Positions 26,001 through 38,004 of a stretch of DNA of 64,000 nucleotides are shown here, one piece after another. Below the pieces are notes generated by a model that saw only the letters and a list, made by a program, of their open reading frames with translations, did not search any database and was not told where the DNA came from. The DNA lies in the NCBI GenBank assembly GCA_030390025.1, contig CM059447.1, forward strand, positions 9,672,001 to 9,736,000, given 5' to 3'. The position numbers and the translations under genes are program-made. This stretch comes from Squalus acanthias. Lineage: Eukaryota. Numbering within the stretch: position 1 is the stretch's first letter; each line of letters starts with the position of its first letter.

Positions 26001-28101
26001 AAACTGAACTCAATATGCTGCTCAAACATTAACATTGGCAGATTTTTTTTGTTGTTGCTCAGAACTCCCAAAACACGTTATTCAATCCTTTCAATACAGT
26101 TTAAACAAGAACTGGGCTGGTACTCAAATTTGTAACTTTTTAAAATACATTTTTACAAACAAAATGTAAACTCTTGATAATTGAACCATTAGAAAAGACA
26201 CTTTTCCACAGGAAAGTTGTTTTTGATTCTAACTACACCCCTTTCTAATATTAACATATTTCACATCTGTTTTTTTTTTGTTTAATATTTTCTGTTTTTA
26301 ACCAAATAAAGATTACAATATCCTAAAGAACCTAAGGATCTAATTACTTACACCGGTATTTTACAGGAATTTGTTGTTCAATGAAAGACAGGAGCATGTC
26401 TTGGTTTTTTTTTTAGAGCTGAAGATTCGAAGCAGACAAAAGTAAGGCAAACTCTAAATTGATTGTTTATAAAGCAACAAGTTCTGGTACACTCTCAGTA
26501 AATCACTGATTAATGTATGCAGTCACGTCTTAATATGTATTTCGACAGTCCTCGGTGTGGCTTCATCTCAACGTACCGCTTCTGCACGCTGTTTCAGTGT
26601 AACAGTACTCTGCCGGGAAAAGTAACGAGTACTTTTAGTAGTGAACACACATATTGTAGAAGTCTGAGTGAGTGAAATAGAAACTATCCTAATACATAGG
26701 CTGGGAAATAAAAGTTTTGGGGGGGAAAATACCCCCGAACAGTAATGTTATAACAACAACACTGGAAAAGTTGATTTTCTAAGCAACTAATCTTGACATT
26801 CAGAACATTTTTTTTTCCAGAGAACATGTTAGAATAAAGAAATAGAACTTTTTTTTGGGTGTCTAACAGAGTACTTCTTTCCTAATATTGTGAAAATGGA
26901 AATCAAAAACATGGCAAAGGAAAGTCACTTGAGCACTTCATGAATGTCATCTTGACTCAAATTCTTAATTTGCAACCAATTCCCTTCTGCTCTCAAAAGC
27001 TTTACTGAATGCTATCTGTTTTATAGGCACTTCATTTGCAAACTGCCATGCAGATTTGATACTTGATATATTGCATTAAATAAAAAGTGAGATGGCAGAC
27101 TAATCTAACAAAGCTAAACTGTTAACTGGAACACCTTTTGGAGAGGGGGAAGGGACGGGGTAAATATCTTGCACTGTTTAAGAATGGCATCAGTGACATC
27201 CAAAAAAACTGGCTATTCCAATTGAGGAGAAGACAGTGGATATATTTGTATTCCCTCTCAGTGAGTAGAAGAGACAAATAAGGAAAAATAGAAGGAAAAA
27301 AAAGTGGCAGTCGGGGAGAAAGTATATTTTGCCATCGAGAAATACCTTGGGTAAACCTAAATGTAGCTAGGTGCAAATGATGGGATTAACAAACCAACGT
27401 CTACATTCCATGCTGTATATAAAACTATTCATGTAAACATAATTTGCAAAAATGCCAGTTAACAGAAACAGGTAAAAGTTCAGAACTTGCACAAAGCAGG
27501 GCCTTGGCTCACCATCTCTTCGACTTGTATTTGATCACCAAATAAATCTGAGCATATTTATAACCAAATGTGACATTTCCCAATGACCAATCAACTGGTC
27601 AAAATGCACACCACAACCTTTGGCAAACATGTTTTCACTGAATATCAGGACTAGCTGCTACAATGCATTATAGGACTTCCGTTTTCATACCTCCAAGGGC
27701 AAGAGAAAATGGATATAGTTGCAATGCAATTCTGCATTTTGTCGCATAAACCAGAAACAACCTCCTAACACAAACAATGCATTTCCGTGGAATTCTGAAT
27801 CAAGTTTTTTGCTTTTTTTTTTTTGGACGTGATGAGCTTCATAAAATTGCAGACACTGAATCCAGACTCGACTGCAGACCCTCAGTTTATGGCTAGTTTA
27901 ATCTCATGTTACAGCTCTGTTACCACATTGAACCTCTCCTCCAAACATCTTAATTTGGGTTTGCAGCCAGCATGAACTGCTTCAGCATCAGTCTTTATGT
28001 TCAAACCAGTAACAAAGACACTGAACATTACTCCACATTGCTCAACAGCTGTCTGCACCTCTTCCTATGGGCATTTTCAACTAACTGAAGTCGGTTTTCT
28101 T
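23030..28101 (-). other. USP36: Probable non-coding terminal exon / long 3'UTR of USP36 (3' end uncertain)
   Basis: Strong acceptor ttttactttctttcgcag| at 28101. The tract is AU-rich and TE-poor. Candidate GATAAA at 23052-23057 is followed by GU-rich sequence. Confidence 0.5.
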
Positions 28102-28938
28102 CTGCGAAAGAAAGTAAAACTATTAAGGATATATTTATTATATAAACAAAACATAACACGCATTTTGGTGTTAATTTGAAATAACTTTTTTGGTAATATT
28201 CTAAACAAATTTCCCTTTCCATTAGCTATTCCAATTTAACTACACCATGTAACGTACTCTTCCTGAAGCTTTAAAATCAGCATGAATAAGGTATTTAGAT
28301 GGTTAAAAAAAAACACGCCTCGCCTCCCAATTCATCACAAATATTTAAACCACTGAAATAATGTAACTCTGATTTATTGAGATTTGATTTGGTTTTTAAC
28401 AAATTGCATGAAAGTTGCAAAAATATAGTAAATTGAACAAAATTATATAGTTGTTTGGTGTAGTTTACTTATATCTAGCAGAACTGATGAAAGCTATTTT
28501 TAATTTTTATCTTCGACAAAAATTAACACAAAACATTGGCATAAACTTGAGAACATTAATTTAAATATAAAACATATGCACAAGTCAGCAACGCAGACAT
28601 CTGGAATTTAAGCATCAAACTCACTGCCTTACAAATCTATAAGAGAGGAAGGGAAATCCAAAACACGTACCGTCAATTTAAAATCAAAAATGTTATGGAA
28701 CGTTACCAATATTAATACAAGTAGTACCAAATTCCATGGAAAAACAACTGCCCCAGGATAGGGGCAATCATGTTGAAAGAGTTAAAGAGCAATTCCAGGA
28801 TTGAGAGCCCAGGTGGGAGGGGCAAGAGAAGGCACAACCTATAGTACAAGAATTTTCCTCATGCCCCCAATGGCCGCACTTCTGCCTGGGTGGGGGGGGA
28901 GGAACAGATCGCTATCGCGGAAATCAATTTTTGGGGAG

Positions 28939-29780
28939 GGGGACTGGATGGTGCAAATACTCTTTCACTTGGGCACCCTGGATTTGAATACACAGTTTTC
29001 CTCTGTGGGCTCCAAAACTGTTGTGAAATCAGTTTGGACAGCTTCAATCCATTACCTGGTACAGTCCACAGTACAAATCAACCCACAATTCAGCACAATT
29101 ATCCACTATATTCAGAGCCATAAGGACGGCTCTGTGGGAAGTGATAACGTTTATACTGGCGAAGAACAAGGTAGATTTCCGAGGCAACAACAACAACTTG
29201 CATTTATATAGCGGCTTTAACGTAGTAAAACATCCCAAGGCGCTTCACAGGATCACAGGAGCATTAACAAAATTTGACACCGAGCCACACAAGGAGAGAT
29301 TAGGACTGGCGACCAAAAGCTTGGTGAAAGAGGTTGGCTTTAAGGCGCGCCTTAAAAGGAGGAGAGAGGGCCAGAGAAGTGGAGAGGTTTAGGGTTGAGA
29401 CAGCTGAAGGCACAGCCGCCAATGGTGGAGCAAAGATAATCAGGCTGCACAAGAGGCCTGAATTGGAGGAGCGCAGAGATCTCAGAGGGTTGTAGGATAT
29501 TACAGAGATAGGGAGGGGCGATGCCACGGAATGATTTGAAGATAAGGATGAGAAGTTTGAAATCGAGGTGTTGCTGGACTGGGAGCCCATGTAGGTCAGT
29601 GAGCACAGGGGTGATGGGTGATTGAGATTTGTTGTGTGTTAGGATTTGGATGAGCTCAAGTTTACAGAGGCACAATGTTGAGGCTATACAGAAGGAGCTT
29701 TAGTCTGTAGCTATGCCCAGGCTGTAATTCCCCGATAGTAACACTGACTACCACTGGAACAGTGCTCCATTAACGGCCTT
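28939..29780 (+). mobile_element. LF-SINE-like element split by an L2 insertion
   Basis: Head GGGGACTGGATGG...CTTTCAC...GTGAAATCAGTTTGG; tail-like segment at 29670-29780 resembles 60680-60725. Confidence 0.45.
29185..29670 (-). mobile_element. L2 LINE 3' end
   Basis: KLELIQ...SPITPVLTDLH peptide; caacaacaacttgcatttatatag tail. Confidence 0.88.
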
Positions 29781-29843
29781 CCTTCACCTGTAATAAAACA
29801 CAGTGGTGGTGAAACAGAGTCACTACACGCTAATACTTACACT

Positions 29844-29963
29844 TCAAAATCTTGAAAACTTTCCTGAGTGAGTGGTAGACCAAAAATTCCTTCTGTTCTG
29901 CATTTTCTGGAAAGCATTAAAGCTTCTTCTCCTTTCTTTTTTAAATTTCTTCATTCTTTTAAC
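29844..29963 (-). CDS. USP36: USP36 last coding exon (VKRMKKFKKERRRSFNAFQKMQNRRNFWSTTHSGKFSRF*)
   Basis: cag| start; TGA at 29844-29846; NAFQK..RRNFWS motif; donor GTAAGT 3 nt after the stop. Confidence 0.95.
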   Translation of the reverse strand, partial: VKRMKKFKKERRRSFNAFQKMQNRRNFWSTTHSGKFSRF

Positions 29964-30289
29964 CTGAAAATATAAAATGCGGACGTCAGCTACGACCTAA
30001 ATGTGACTAATTTCTTTCGTAAAACCAAACTAAGAAACCTGCATAGTTATCTGTAAATCTACATAACCTCCAGACTAGCCTGCTGGGAATTGGAGCCAAC
30101 ACATGGATCTGGAAATCTAGATTCAAATTCTAACCGCACTACATTCCACTGTCAACAAATTCCCAAGCACTGCAAGCAGTACCAATAATAGGGACGAGTA
30201 AAGCTTTTAAGGTTCTTGGTAGTGAAAGTTTGAGATAGCTCCCACCGTCCCGCCAAAAAGATTTCCCCTCTTCTGAATGTATTGACTCC

Positions 30290-30610
30290 CTCACTAGGAT
30301 ACAGTTTTATGGGCAGCGGTCACCCTCTGGTACCTCAGCCACATGGCATGCTTCACATGTGAATGAGTATAGGCCGGTTATCTGACTGTTACATCACAGT
30401 AAACCTAATCCCATCCTCACCTAGCAAACACGCACATGCAACTCTAGCATGGGGGTCACTGCATAGTGATCTGGAATAGAATCCCTTCTGTTGCGTCAAT
30501 ACCGCTGTCCCAGCTGAGATCCACTAACAGTGTAGACTGGAGGAATTGAACCTGGGACGTTCCTGGTCTGTACTGGTCAGAGCCAGAAACTTTACCTCTG
30601 AGCCAAATGG
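30290..30610 (-). mobile_element. tRNA-derived SINE (second family)
   Basis: Minus strand cagaccaggaacgtcccaggttcaattcc B-box region; related copies at 46940-47300 and 53370-53700. Confidence 0.6.
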
Positions 30611-31452
30611 AATAGCTGCTCCCATTTCCATTAGCTAGAAGATACAGAAGTGATTCAGTATTTGTACATTAGTATCACACGGTATAATTTCAGGACCACA
30701 GTATACACTATGCAGATCTGTATCAAAACTGTAGTCCGACAGAATCAAATGCACATAAAACGCCATTATTTGATTACTAAAGCTACTTAAGAAAAGTTTT
30801 TGAAACGTTATTCCATCAAGTTAGCCCCGTCCATAAATTCTACGAGGGTGGTTATTTTCACTGTCTAAAACATTTAAACCCGAACACAACTTGAGAGAGT
30901 GAAGAACAGTAAAGCACCAGTTTTTGGGGGTAAATAACACAAATATTTTATCATGCAAACCTCATTTTTGGAGTCAGAATCTTGAAACTTGTGTTGCTTT
31001 AAATGTAAACACTGATAGCTTAATTTTCAAAAATAGTGTACACAGACCAGCAATGTCCAACATTTTGGACAGTGGGCCAAAGTCATGTGCTACAACTAAC
31101 AAGTAGACACTGTATGATTAAATTGCTTTTTGAGTGAGGCAGCATAAGGATGAAACACATCTAAATTCCAATCTATTTTGCCTTTTTTGGGGAGTAATTG
31201 GGTCACACCACTTCCACCTTTCTCACTTTCGAGTGTCGCATCCTCCCCTTCTCTCTCTGCCTCTAATTCCTTTCTCTCTTGATGCTCCTGCATTTGTTTT
31301 CACTTTCCCTTCCTTACAGCTCTGCTTTTACCTCTCTTTGCTATTTGCATTGCAAGAGCCATGAGCATGAAGATTCCAGTGAGCAGGCAAGTTAGAAGCT
31401 GCAGCAGTATTGGGTCTCAGGCAAGAGGGATCATTAGTGGTGATGGAGTCCG

Positions 31453-31922
31453 GGGTTTATTCAGAAGAGACTCTGGAGACAGCACCTAAAACCCGGAGGT
31501 TGGTCTGACAGTCTCCTGGTTTGTGACCTTCTATAGTCTATTGGGAGGGTGCTGCTGTACGCAGGCTCAGCAACGCTGCGTGAAACTTTTTTTTTTTTAA
31601 AAGAGGTTTTGGATTGCTCCAGGATGGGATGTCCAAGCCCCAACTGCAACCATTTCCCCCAATTCCAGCAGAGGGCCACACAGAGCGAGATGAGCACCAT
31701 GAACAAAAAGTGCTCACCACTGGAACACTTGCTTCAGTATTCCCCGATATCGCAGGTCCTAATTGAAGGAGGAAAAGGAATGCTGAGGGAAGCGACAGAT
31801 TTAACGTCTGCTGTGTTCCCACTCATTCCCCATCTAAAAAATCAGCGGTTTCTGTTGGCGGGTTTCTTGTAGCAATTTATCTTTTAAAAATCAGGAGCTG
31901 CTCCTCAAGTCAAATTCAGCCC
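31453..31922. mobile_element. Degenerate MITE-like element
   Basis: Right end AAATTCAGCCC resembles the termini of other MITEs here; left end is decayed. Confidence 0.35.
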
Positions 31923-32068
31923 ACAGGTCAGGGATTCAACACCTCGGACAGATTAGACAAAAATCGAGAGTCTTATTAACCTATATACAGTATTACATTT
32001 CAATGGTTGTATGTACTTGAATTCAATTGTGAAAATAACAATGTTCAAGGATAAAGATAACCTCTTAC

Positions 32069-32184
32069 CTTCCCCTGGTCAAATTCCTCATCCCATTCAT
32101 CGATTACACGTTCATTCTTTGTCTGTTTTGTGTCACGTATGGCATCTTCACTGACAGCCGACACTGCCCCATCCCAAGTCAGCA
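32069..32184 (-). CDS. USP36: USP36 coding exon (VLTWDGAVSAVSEDAIRDTKQTKNERVIDEWDEEFDQGK)
   Basis: tag|...|gtaaga, 116 nt. Conserved WDEEFDxGK motif. Confidence 0.95.
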
Positions 32185-32976
32185 CTAACAAAACAAAATG
32201 TTGGCATAGAAGGACCACGATTCAGAACTGTAGACTAACATAAAAAAAACTCTCAACATTTCAATAAAAAGGTCCATCACATTTTTTTCCCTCGAGCATT
32301 CAAAAATTCTATTGATCAATGGAAAGAATATCAGTGCTAAATAAATGTTCTGAGGTCACATGTCTATCAATTAAGGATTAAAGGGACAAAATGTACTTAC
32401 TGACTTGTAACTCTCAATCTCCTGGTTGGAAAATAAATGTCCAACCAACTTTACCAAAGAGGCCACACAGTCACTAATTAGAAAGCGACAATTCAGTGTC
32501 TTATCCTGTAGGATTTTGGGAAGGGCACAGAATGCCATCAGAAAGCACAAAACAAGGTGAATCGAATTTGGCCAATCAAAGCTGCTGAGTTCACATGACA
32601 CGTGCCACCTGCTTGATCATGGACTCTGATCAGGCATGGTTCTGCAAAGTTTCTCCCAGAGGCCCAAAAAATAAACTCCAGGATATGCATCTGACCGTAC
32701 AGTGAGGCATCTTATACCAATTTCCCTGCTTGGCGTTACCATTTATGACTTACTCACTTCCTTTCAATTAATATTAGAAATGCACTCAAGATACTGATCA
32801 AGAAGCTTCATGGTTAATTTCTTGTCAGTTCATCTTAGTCAGGGTAGCAAAATTGGCCTCAGTCCTCTCTGCCCTGTTAATGGGGGCGATGGGTCATGCA
32901 TAAATAATTGTCATTTGGATGAGATAACAGAAGACAAACAGTGCTTGTGGATTCATAGTCCAGCAGGGAGTTAATG

Positions 32977-32978
<2 letters not shown>

Positions 32979-33028
<50 letters not shown>

Positions 33029-33047
33029 ACGCGCGCGCACACGCGCA
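32979..33047. repeat. (GT)24 microsatellite followed by an alternating GC/AC tract
   Basis: Directly visible. Confidence 0.95.
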
Positions 33048-33328
33048 GGGAATGATGGTTGGAAGTAAAAGGAGAAAAACTGAAAGCCACTTCGAGACCA
33101 TAGTTTCAATAAAGATCCCTCAAGAGCAGATTTGCAAGAAACATCCAACTGCAAAACAGAACATCCCTTGCACTTTTTAACACTGTGTATATAGTATTTT
33201 AATGAGGCTCCAACACATCCCTACAGTTGTCAATTACTCGTAGCAACTAAATTTACAATATTACAAAAAGAGAAAAGGTTTCAAATGCAATAAAATGGCT
33301 TTACATTTAAATAAATTATTTCCCCTAC

Positions 33329-33514
33329 CTTCAGTTCCATAAGCCTTGTTGTTTGAATATTTCAAGAGCTCTTGAATTACACTGGATTCCTTCTTCCCAT
33401 CCCAGGCTAAGCTTGCAATGGGCACGACTGCAGGCGCAGGTCCAGGTCCATCCTCACCAGACTGATTTTGAGAGCGTTTATATCCATCTTTTACCTGGCT
33501 GTCCCATAAAAACA
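33329..33514 (-). CDS. USP36: USP36 coding exon (VFLWDSQVKDGYK...WDGKKESSVIQELLKYSNNKAYGTE)
   Basis: cag|...|gtaggg, 186 nt. Resembles the conserved QELLKYSSDKAYG motif of USP36. Confidence 0.93.
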
Positions 33515-34019
33515 CTGGAACTGGAACAAAGAATAGCACACAATAGAAAACCAAATCATCAAGTAATCATTACTTTGTTCTACTGCAAGATCATTTGATT
33601 TGTGCCAAGCTCTGCTGTAACCTGTGGCTACAACATCGGTGTGCATGGCTCCATGACTAGACAACCAAAGTTCAAATGGCAGTTTTAACAGAATCAGGCT
33701 TTACCACGAGAAATTAGTCCCATAATTCTGCCTCAGTCATCTTGGATAGGGAAGAAAAAGGTAGCTTTGTAGGTCTTGATGTTACTGATGGTTTGGCCAT
33801 GAATGGTGACTGCAACTGTGTGTGAACTTGCTCATAACATTTCCCAACTGAGGTGGGTAAATGTAAACAAATACAAGTGGGAAGAATACAGAAATTTTTG
33901 TTGAGGGGGTGGGAGGGAAGCAAGGGAAGGCAACGACAACAGTTCATGCCCCAAAAAGAACTCCTGATCTCAGTTGGCCTGAAAGACTATCCACCCCACC
34001 CCAGCCCCGCCTCCCCGAG

Positions 34020-34214
34020 CTGTGGAGGCTCAGTCGTCGAGTATATTCAAGACTGAGATCGATAGATTTTTGGACACTAAGGGAATCAAGGGATATGGGG
34101 ATAAGGCGGGAAAGTGGCGTTGTGGTCAGAGATCAGCCATGATCTTATTGAATGGCGGAGCAGGCTCGAGGGGCCACATGGTCTACTCCTGCTCCTATTT
34201 CTTATGTTCTTATG
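34020..34214 (+). mobile_element. CR1 LINE extreme 3' end
   Basis: Near-identical to the tail of the CR1 at 22660-22845. Confidence 0.85.
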
Positions 34215-34756
34215 ACAGAAAATGGTTTCTTGCAATTCAGAAATAGCAGTATTTTAATACTGCAAATTATGGTTTGGACTTAAATATTTGGGCTGTGCAA
34301 ACTAGCAACAAAATGCAATGCAGTTGAGCAAAGTATTTTTACACAATGCAATTGGTCCCTATAACAGGAGAGTTAAGACAGGGGATATGTGCTGATGGAA
34401 TATTCTTGTAAAACAGTGCAGGGAGGGATAAGATTTCTGGTTCCTACGCCAAACTACTTTAAGGGACTACCAGTAATTTTCCTGTTTGAACCAGTTACCG
34501 AGTCCAGAGTAGTGGTTACGACCAGTGAACATTCACATCTGCAGATAAGAAAATCATAATAGATGGCTTTCATTGCAAGCTGTAATGCACGAGAAACAAC
34601 AGAGTTTTGTAAAATACCAGCTAAAAGCCAACATGAAATTAATTCGGCAAGTAAGAATTCTCAGGAAAGTCTAAGTTGTGCCGTTTTACGAACTCAGTAA
34701 ACGGTTTCATTTTGAAAGGAGGTTTAAAAGATCCCGACTGCAATGAAATACAGTAC

Positions 34757-34965
34757 CTTGCTGACTTTCTTTTTTGTTTTTAGCAGGCTGATCCACTGGA
34801 GGCTCTGAACTTGCACATTCATCTGAACTCGTGCTTCTCTTTCGTTTCCTGCGTTTTCTCTCACTTTTTTTGCTGTCTTTCCCCTCATGATTTTTCTTTC
34901 TCTGTTCCAATTCTTCAGGTCTCTCCAGTTCTTTTTCACCCTGCAGTTCATCCCACCCTGAGTAA
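34757..34965 (-). CDS. USP36: USP36 coding exon (YSGWDELQGEKELER...KRRKRKR...KKESQQ)
   Basis: tag|...|gtactg, 209 nt. Phase 2 to 1 fits neighbours; basic clusters. Confidence 0.8.
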
Positions 34966-35203
34966 CTAATGAGTAAAAGGATTAATGCAAAGGTTTTGCA
35001 ATTTAAAATTAAACACGTACAAGTGTGCCTTAAAAATCTAATGTTACTGATTTATAGGGAAACCCCTTGTGCAGATCCACTGAGTTTCCACTGTTCAAGT
35101 GTTTGTCATTAAAAGCCCTCGACCTTTTCTACAATCAGACTCTGGGCTCCCCAGAGGTTCAGCGAACTTATCCAATGAACAGTGGAAATGCATAAACCAA
35201 GTA

Positions 35204-35567
35204 CAGGAAACTCTTTATTAACCGGCACCGACGGGACCGGCATGGTGCCGGTTAATCAAAAAGTCCGGATAACGGAGAGTTATATCTCCCAACGTATGAG
35301 AGCCCCATACACACTGACATGCGCCTGCATTCGGAGCTCCGTCTCCCCGGGGACCGCCAGCTGACCATCTGTCGTGTCCGCTGCCTACCCGGGCTGCACA
35401 TTCCCCTCCCAATCTACACGCTCCGATACAAGGCAAACACCTCGGGGTTTTTTTAAAAGTTATTTTTAAAGGAGAGATGAAGGAAAACCCCGGTTACCTA
35501 CTCAAGAATTTTGCCGGTTAAGAGAGATTTCCGGTTATTTGGGTGCCGGTTAAAAGAGAGTTTCCTG
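35204..35567. mobile_element. Tc1/mariner (Tigger/pogo-like) MITE, 364 bp
   Basis: TIRs CAGGAAACTCTTTATTAACCGGCACC / GGTGCCGGTTAAAAGAGAGTTTCCTG, flanked by TA on both sides. Confidence 0.88.
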
Positions 35568-36472
35568 TAAGTGGATCACAGGTGGGGCAGTGGTAAGATG
35601 AGCCAGCTGGCCTTGTATTCTGGATGGGGAAAAAGATCTCGCAGCTCGGGTTCCCACTCCTGATCACTATCCGCTACAAAACCACCAGTCTACAGCTTGA
35701 GATTTTCTGGCAGGGCATGGTACATCTGAACTGGGATGGAAAAATTCCACAGGTCTAAGACTCACTTTGTACAGTTAGGAAGTGCAGCAAATACCCGTGC
35801 AAATGGACTAAACTGTACAACTTGGATCACAGTTTTGTCTCATTACAGGAAGTGATATTACCGTAATATACAAATGGTCTCCAGTGAGTGTAGCATTACA
35901 GCAGCAGGCAGCTATTTATGAATTATGACATGACAAATGTTTTAGTCATCAGGATGTGGATCATGAAGGAAATGTTACTGCAGCTGAGCTGCTGTACTTT
36001 AGGGGCTAGGTGGGAAAAATAGAAGTCCCTTATTTTGGAGTAAAACGCTATGGGAAACCTACCCAATAGTAACCACACATCTCAGTTGGAAAATGACATT
36101 GGCTGCCGAGTGACAGAAACGTGTATAGCACATTGTGTCTGCTGGTCATCTGCTGAAAAACACAAGGACAAATCAAAGGGCAAGACTGCACAAAATAGTG
36201 CCCAGGCCCAGAGGAGAAATGTCCAGACACAGCGGTAAGAACAGATTTCTGCCACTCCAGGCCACATATTTAAAACGCTCCTGCAATACAAAATAGCTAC
36301 AGCAGCAGCAGAGGTGGTTTTATGTAAGTAAGTATGTTGAACTTGAGTATTCCAGAGCTAAAAGCAGCCAAAAACCCGGGAGAGAGAAATTAACTCAGGG
36401 GAATGCATAACGTAACAAAACACCACTTCACCAAATCATTAAAAAAAAACTTGACCAATCATCATAACGTAC

Positions 36473-36621
36473 TTTTCTACAGCAGTTTCAGCAAGGTGGT
36501 TTTCTTCAGACACTTCTGCACATTTTTTATGCTTCTTCCTTTTTTTCTTACTTTTCATCAGGGTCAACTCTCCTGCTGAACTGTTCCTCCTGATGGGTTC
36601 TTCCTGCAAGACATCATCCAT
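36473..36621 (-). CDS. USP36: USP36 coding exon (MDDVLQEEPIRRNSSAGELTLMKSKKKRKKHKK...AVE); acceptor may instead be at 36603
   Basis: Open frame with a basic cluster and donor AA|gtacgt. Two in-phase candidate acceptors (aag before 36621, cag before 36603), both weak. Confidence 0.72.
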
Positions 36622-36747
36622 CTTTAGTAACCATTTCACAAAATCATTTTAAACAGTTTGCATTACCTAAACACTCTTAATATCAGTGTCAAAAAAAATC
36701 CATGATAAAAAGGACAGATTTGACCATTTGGTACATCTCTCACTATT

Positions 36748-37196
36748 AAGCTCAGTGGGTAGCACCCTCACCTCTGAGTCAGAAGGTTGTGGGTTCAAGT
36801 CCCACTCCAGAGACTTAAGCACAAAAATCTAGGCTGACACTCCAGTGAAGTGCTGAGGGAGTGCTGCACTGTTGGAGGTGCCGTCTTTCGGATGAGATGT
36901 TAAACCGTCTGCTCTCTCAGGTGGACGTAAAAGATCCCATTGCACTATTTCAAAAGAGATGGGGAGTTATCCCCGGTGTCCTAGCCAATATTTATCCCTC
37001 AATCAACACCACTAAAACAGATTATCTGGTCATTATCACATTGCTGTTTGTGGGAGGTTGCTGTGAGCAAATTGGCTGCCGCGTTTCCTACATTACAACA
37101 GTGACCACACTTCAAAAAGTGCTTCATTGGCTGCAAAGCGCTTTGGGACGTCTGGTGATCGTGAAAGGCGCTATAGAAATGCAAGTCTTTCTTTTG
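36748..37196 (+). mobile_element. Near full-length DeuSINE/SacSINE1-like SINE
   Basis: tRNA-like head (GCTCAGTGGGTAGCAC...GGTTCAAGTCCC), central GATGAGATGTTAAACCG...AAAGATCCCAT, L2-like tail gcgctatagaaatgcaagtcttt. Confidence 0.85.
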
Positions 37197-38004
37197 TTTA
37201 TTAACACAGCTTAAAACCTTGCTGCTATTTTGGACACCAACTTTTAAAAGGCAACCTCATAAAAATCGTTATTCAATTCAAAGTTGGTATATAAAATTAG
37301 TCCAAAAAACCATTTAACTTCTTGTCGTAATCTATGTTAATTATATATTGGCACCACAGATATCTATAAAAATTCTTTGCAAATGTGTGGTTCGGTAACA
37401 GTGACCCCAATAGGCTGAATAACTGGCAATGCTGATCAACACTTCTGTAATATGGCACACTTCACATCTGAACTCTAGACGCTGTCAGAGTCACTTGATT
37501 GGGGCACTTCCCGAATCAGAATTGATATGAAAAGTTCCAACACATCAATTCACGAAGTAGGTGCAAGGTTGAAATGCCAATGGTCCTGGTGGGTCACAAT
37601 GTCTCAGGGAACGGGAAGCAAAACCATCCAACTTTTTTTTGATTGGGGGGGTAGTATAGAATAGTGAAGGCCATAGCCCATGCCAAAAGAATGGATGGGG
37701 GGGGGGGGGGGGGGGAGAGAAGACAGCATGTGTACCTCCTCCTTGCAGCTGCATCCATTTTCAACAGATGGACTGAGCAAAACAACTGCTTGTTCCTATA
37801 CATTTAGTGCCTGGCTGATGGGCCAGTAATTGTTGAAACAGGCTGACCATCACATTCGTCACTCTGGCTCATCTTGAGGAAGGAATTGCTGGGCTAAAGG
37901 TGTGCCATGAAAACTATATAAAAAGAAAATTCCTCATACTGTTCCTTTAATGACAGTAAAAGGAACAATGCATTGATTCAGGTGTGGAAGGTCCAATAAC
38001 CTAC

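Noticed and set aside
36748-36830. tRNA-like sequence
   Set aside because: It is the head of a SINE, continuous with the SINE body and tail; no complete cloverleaf is evident.
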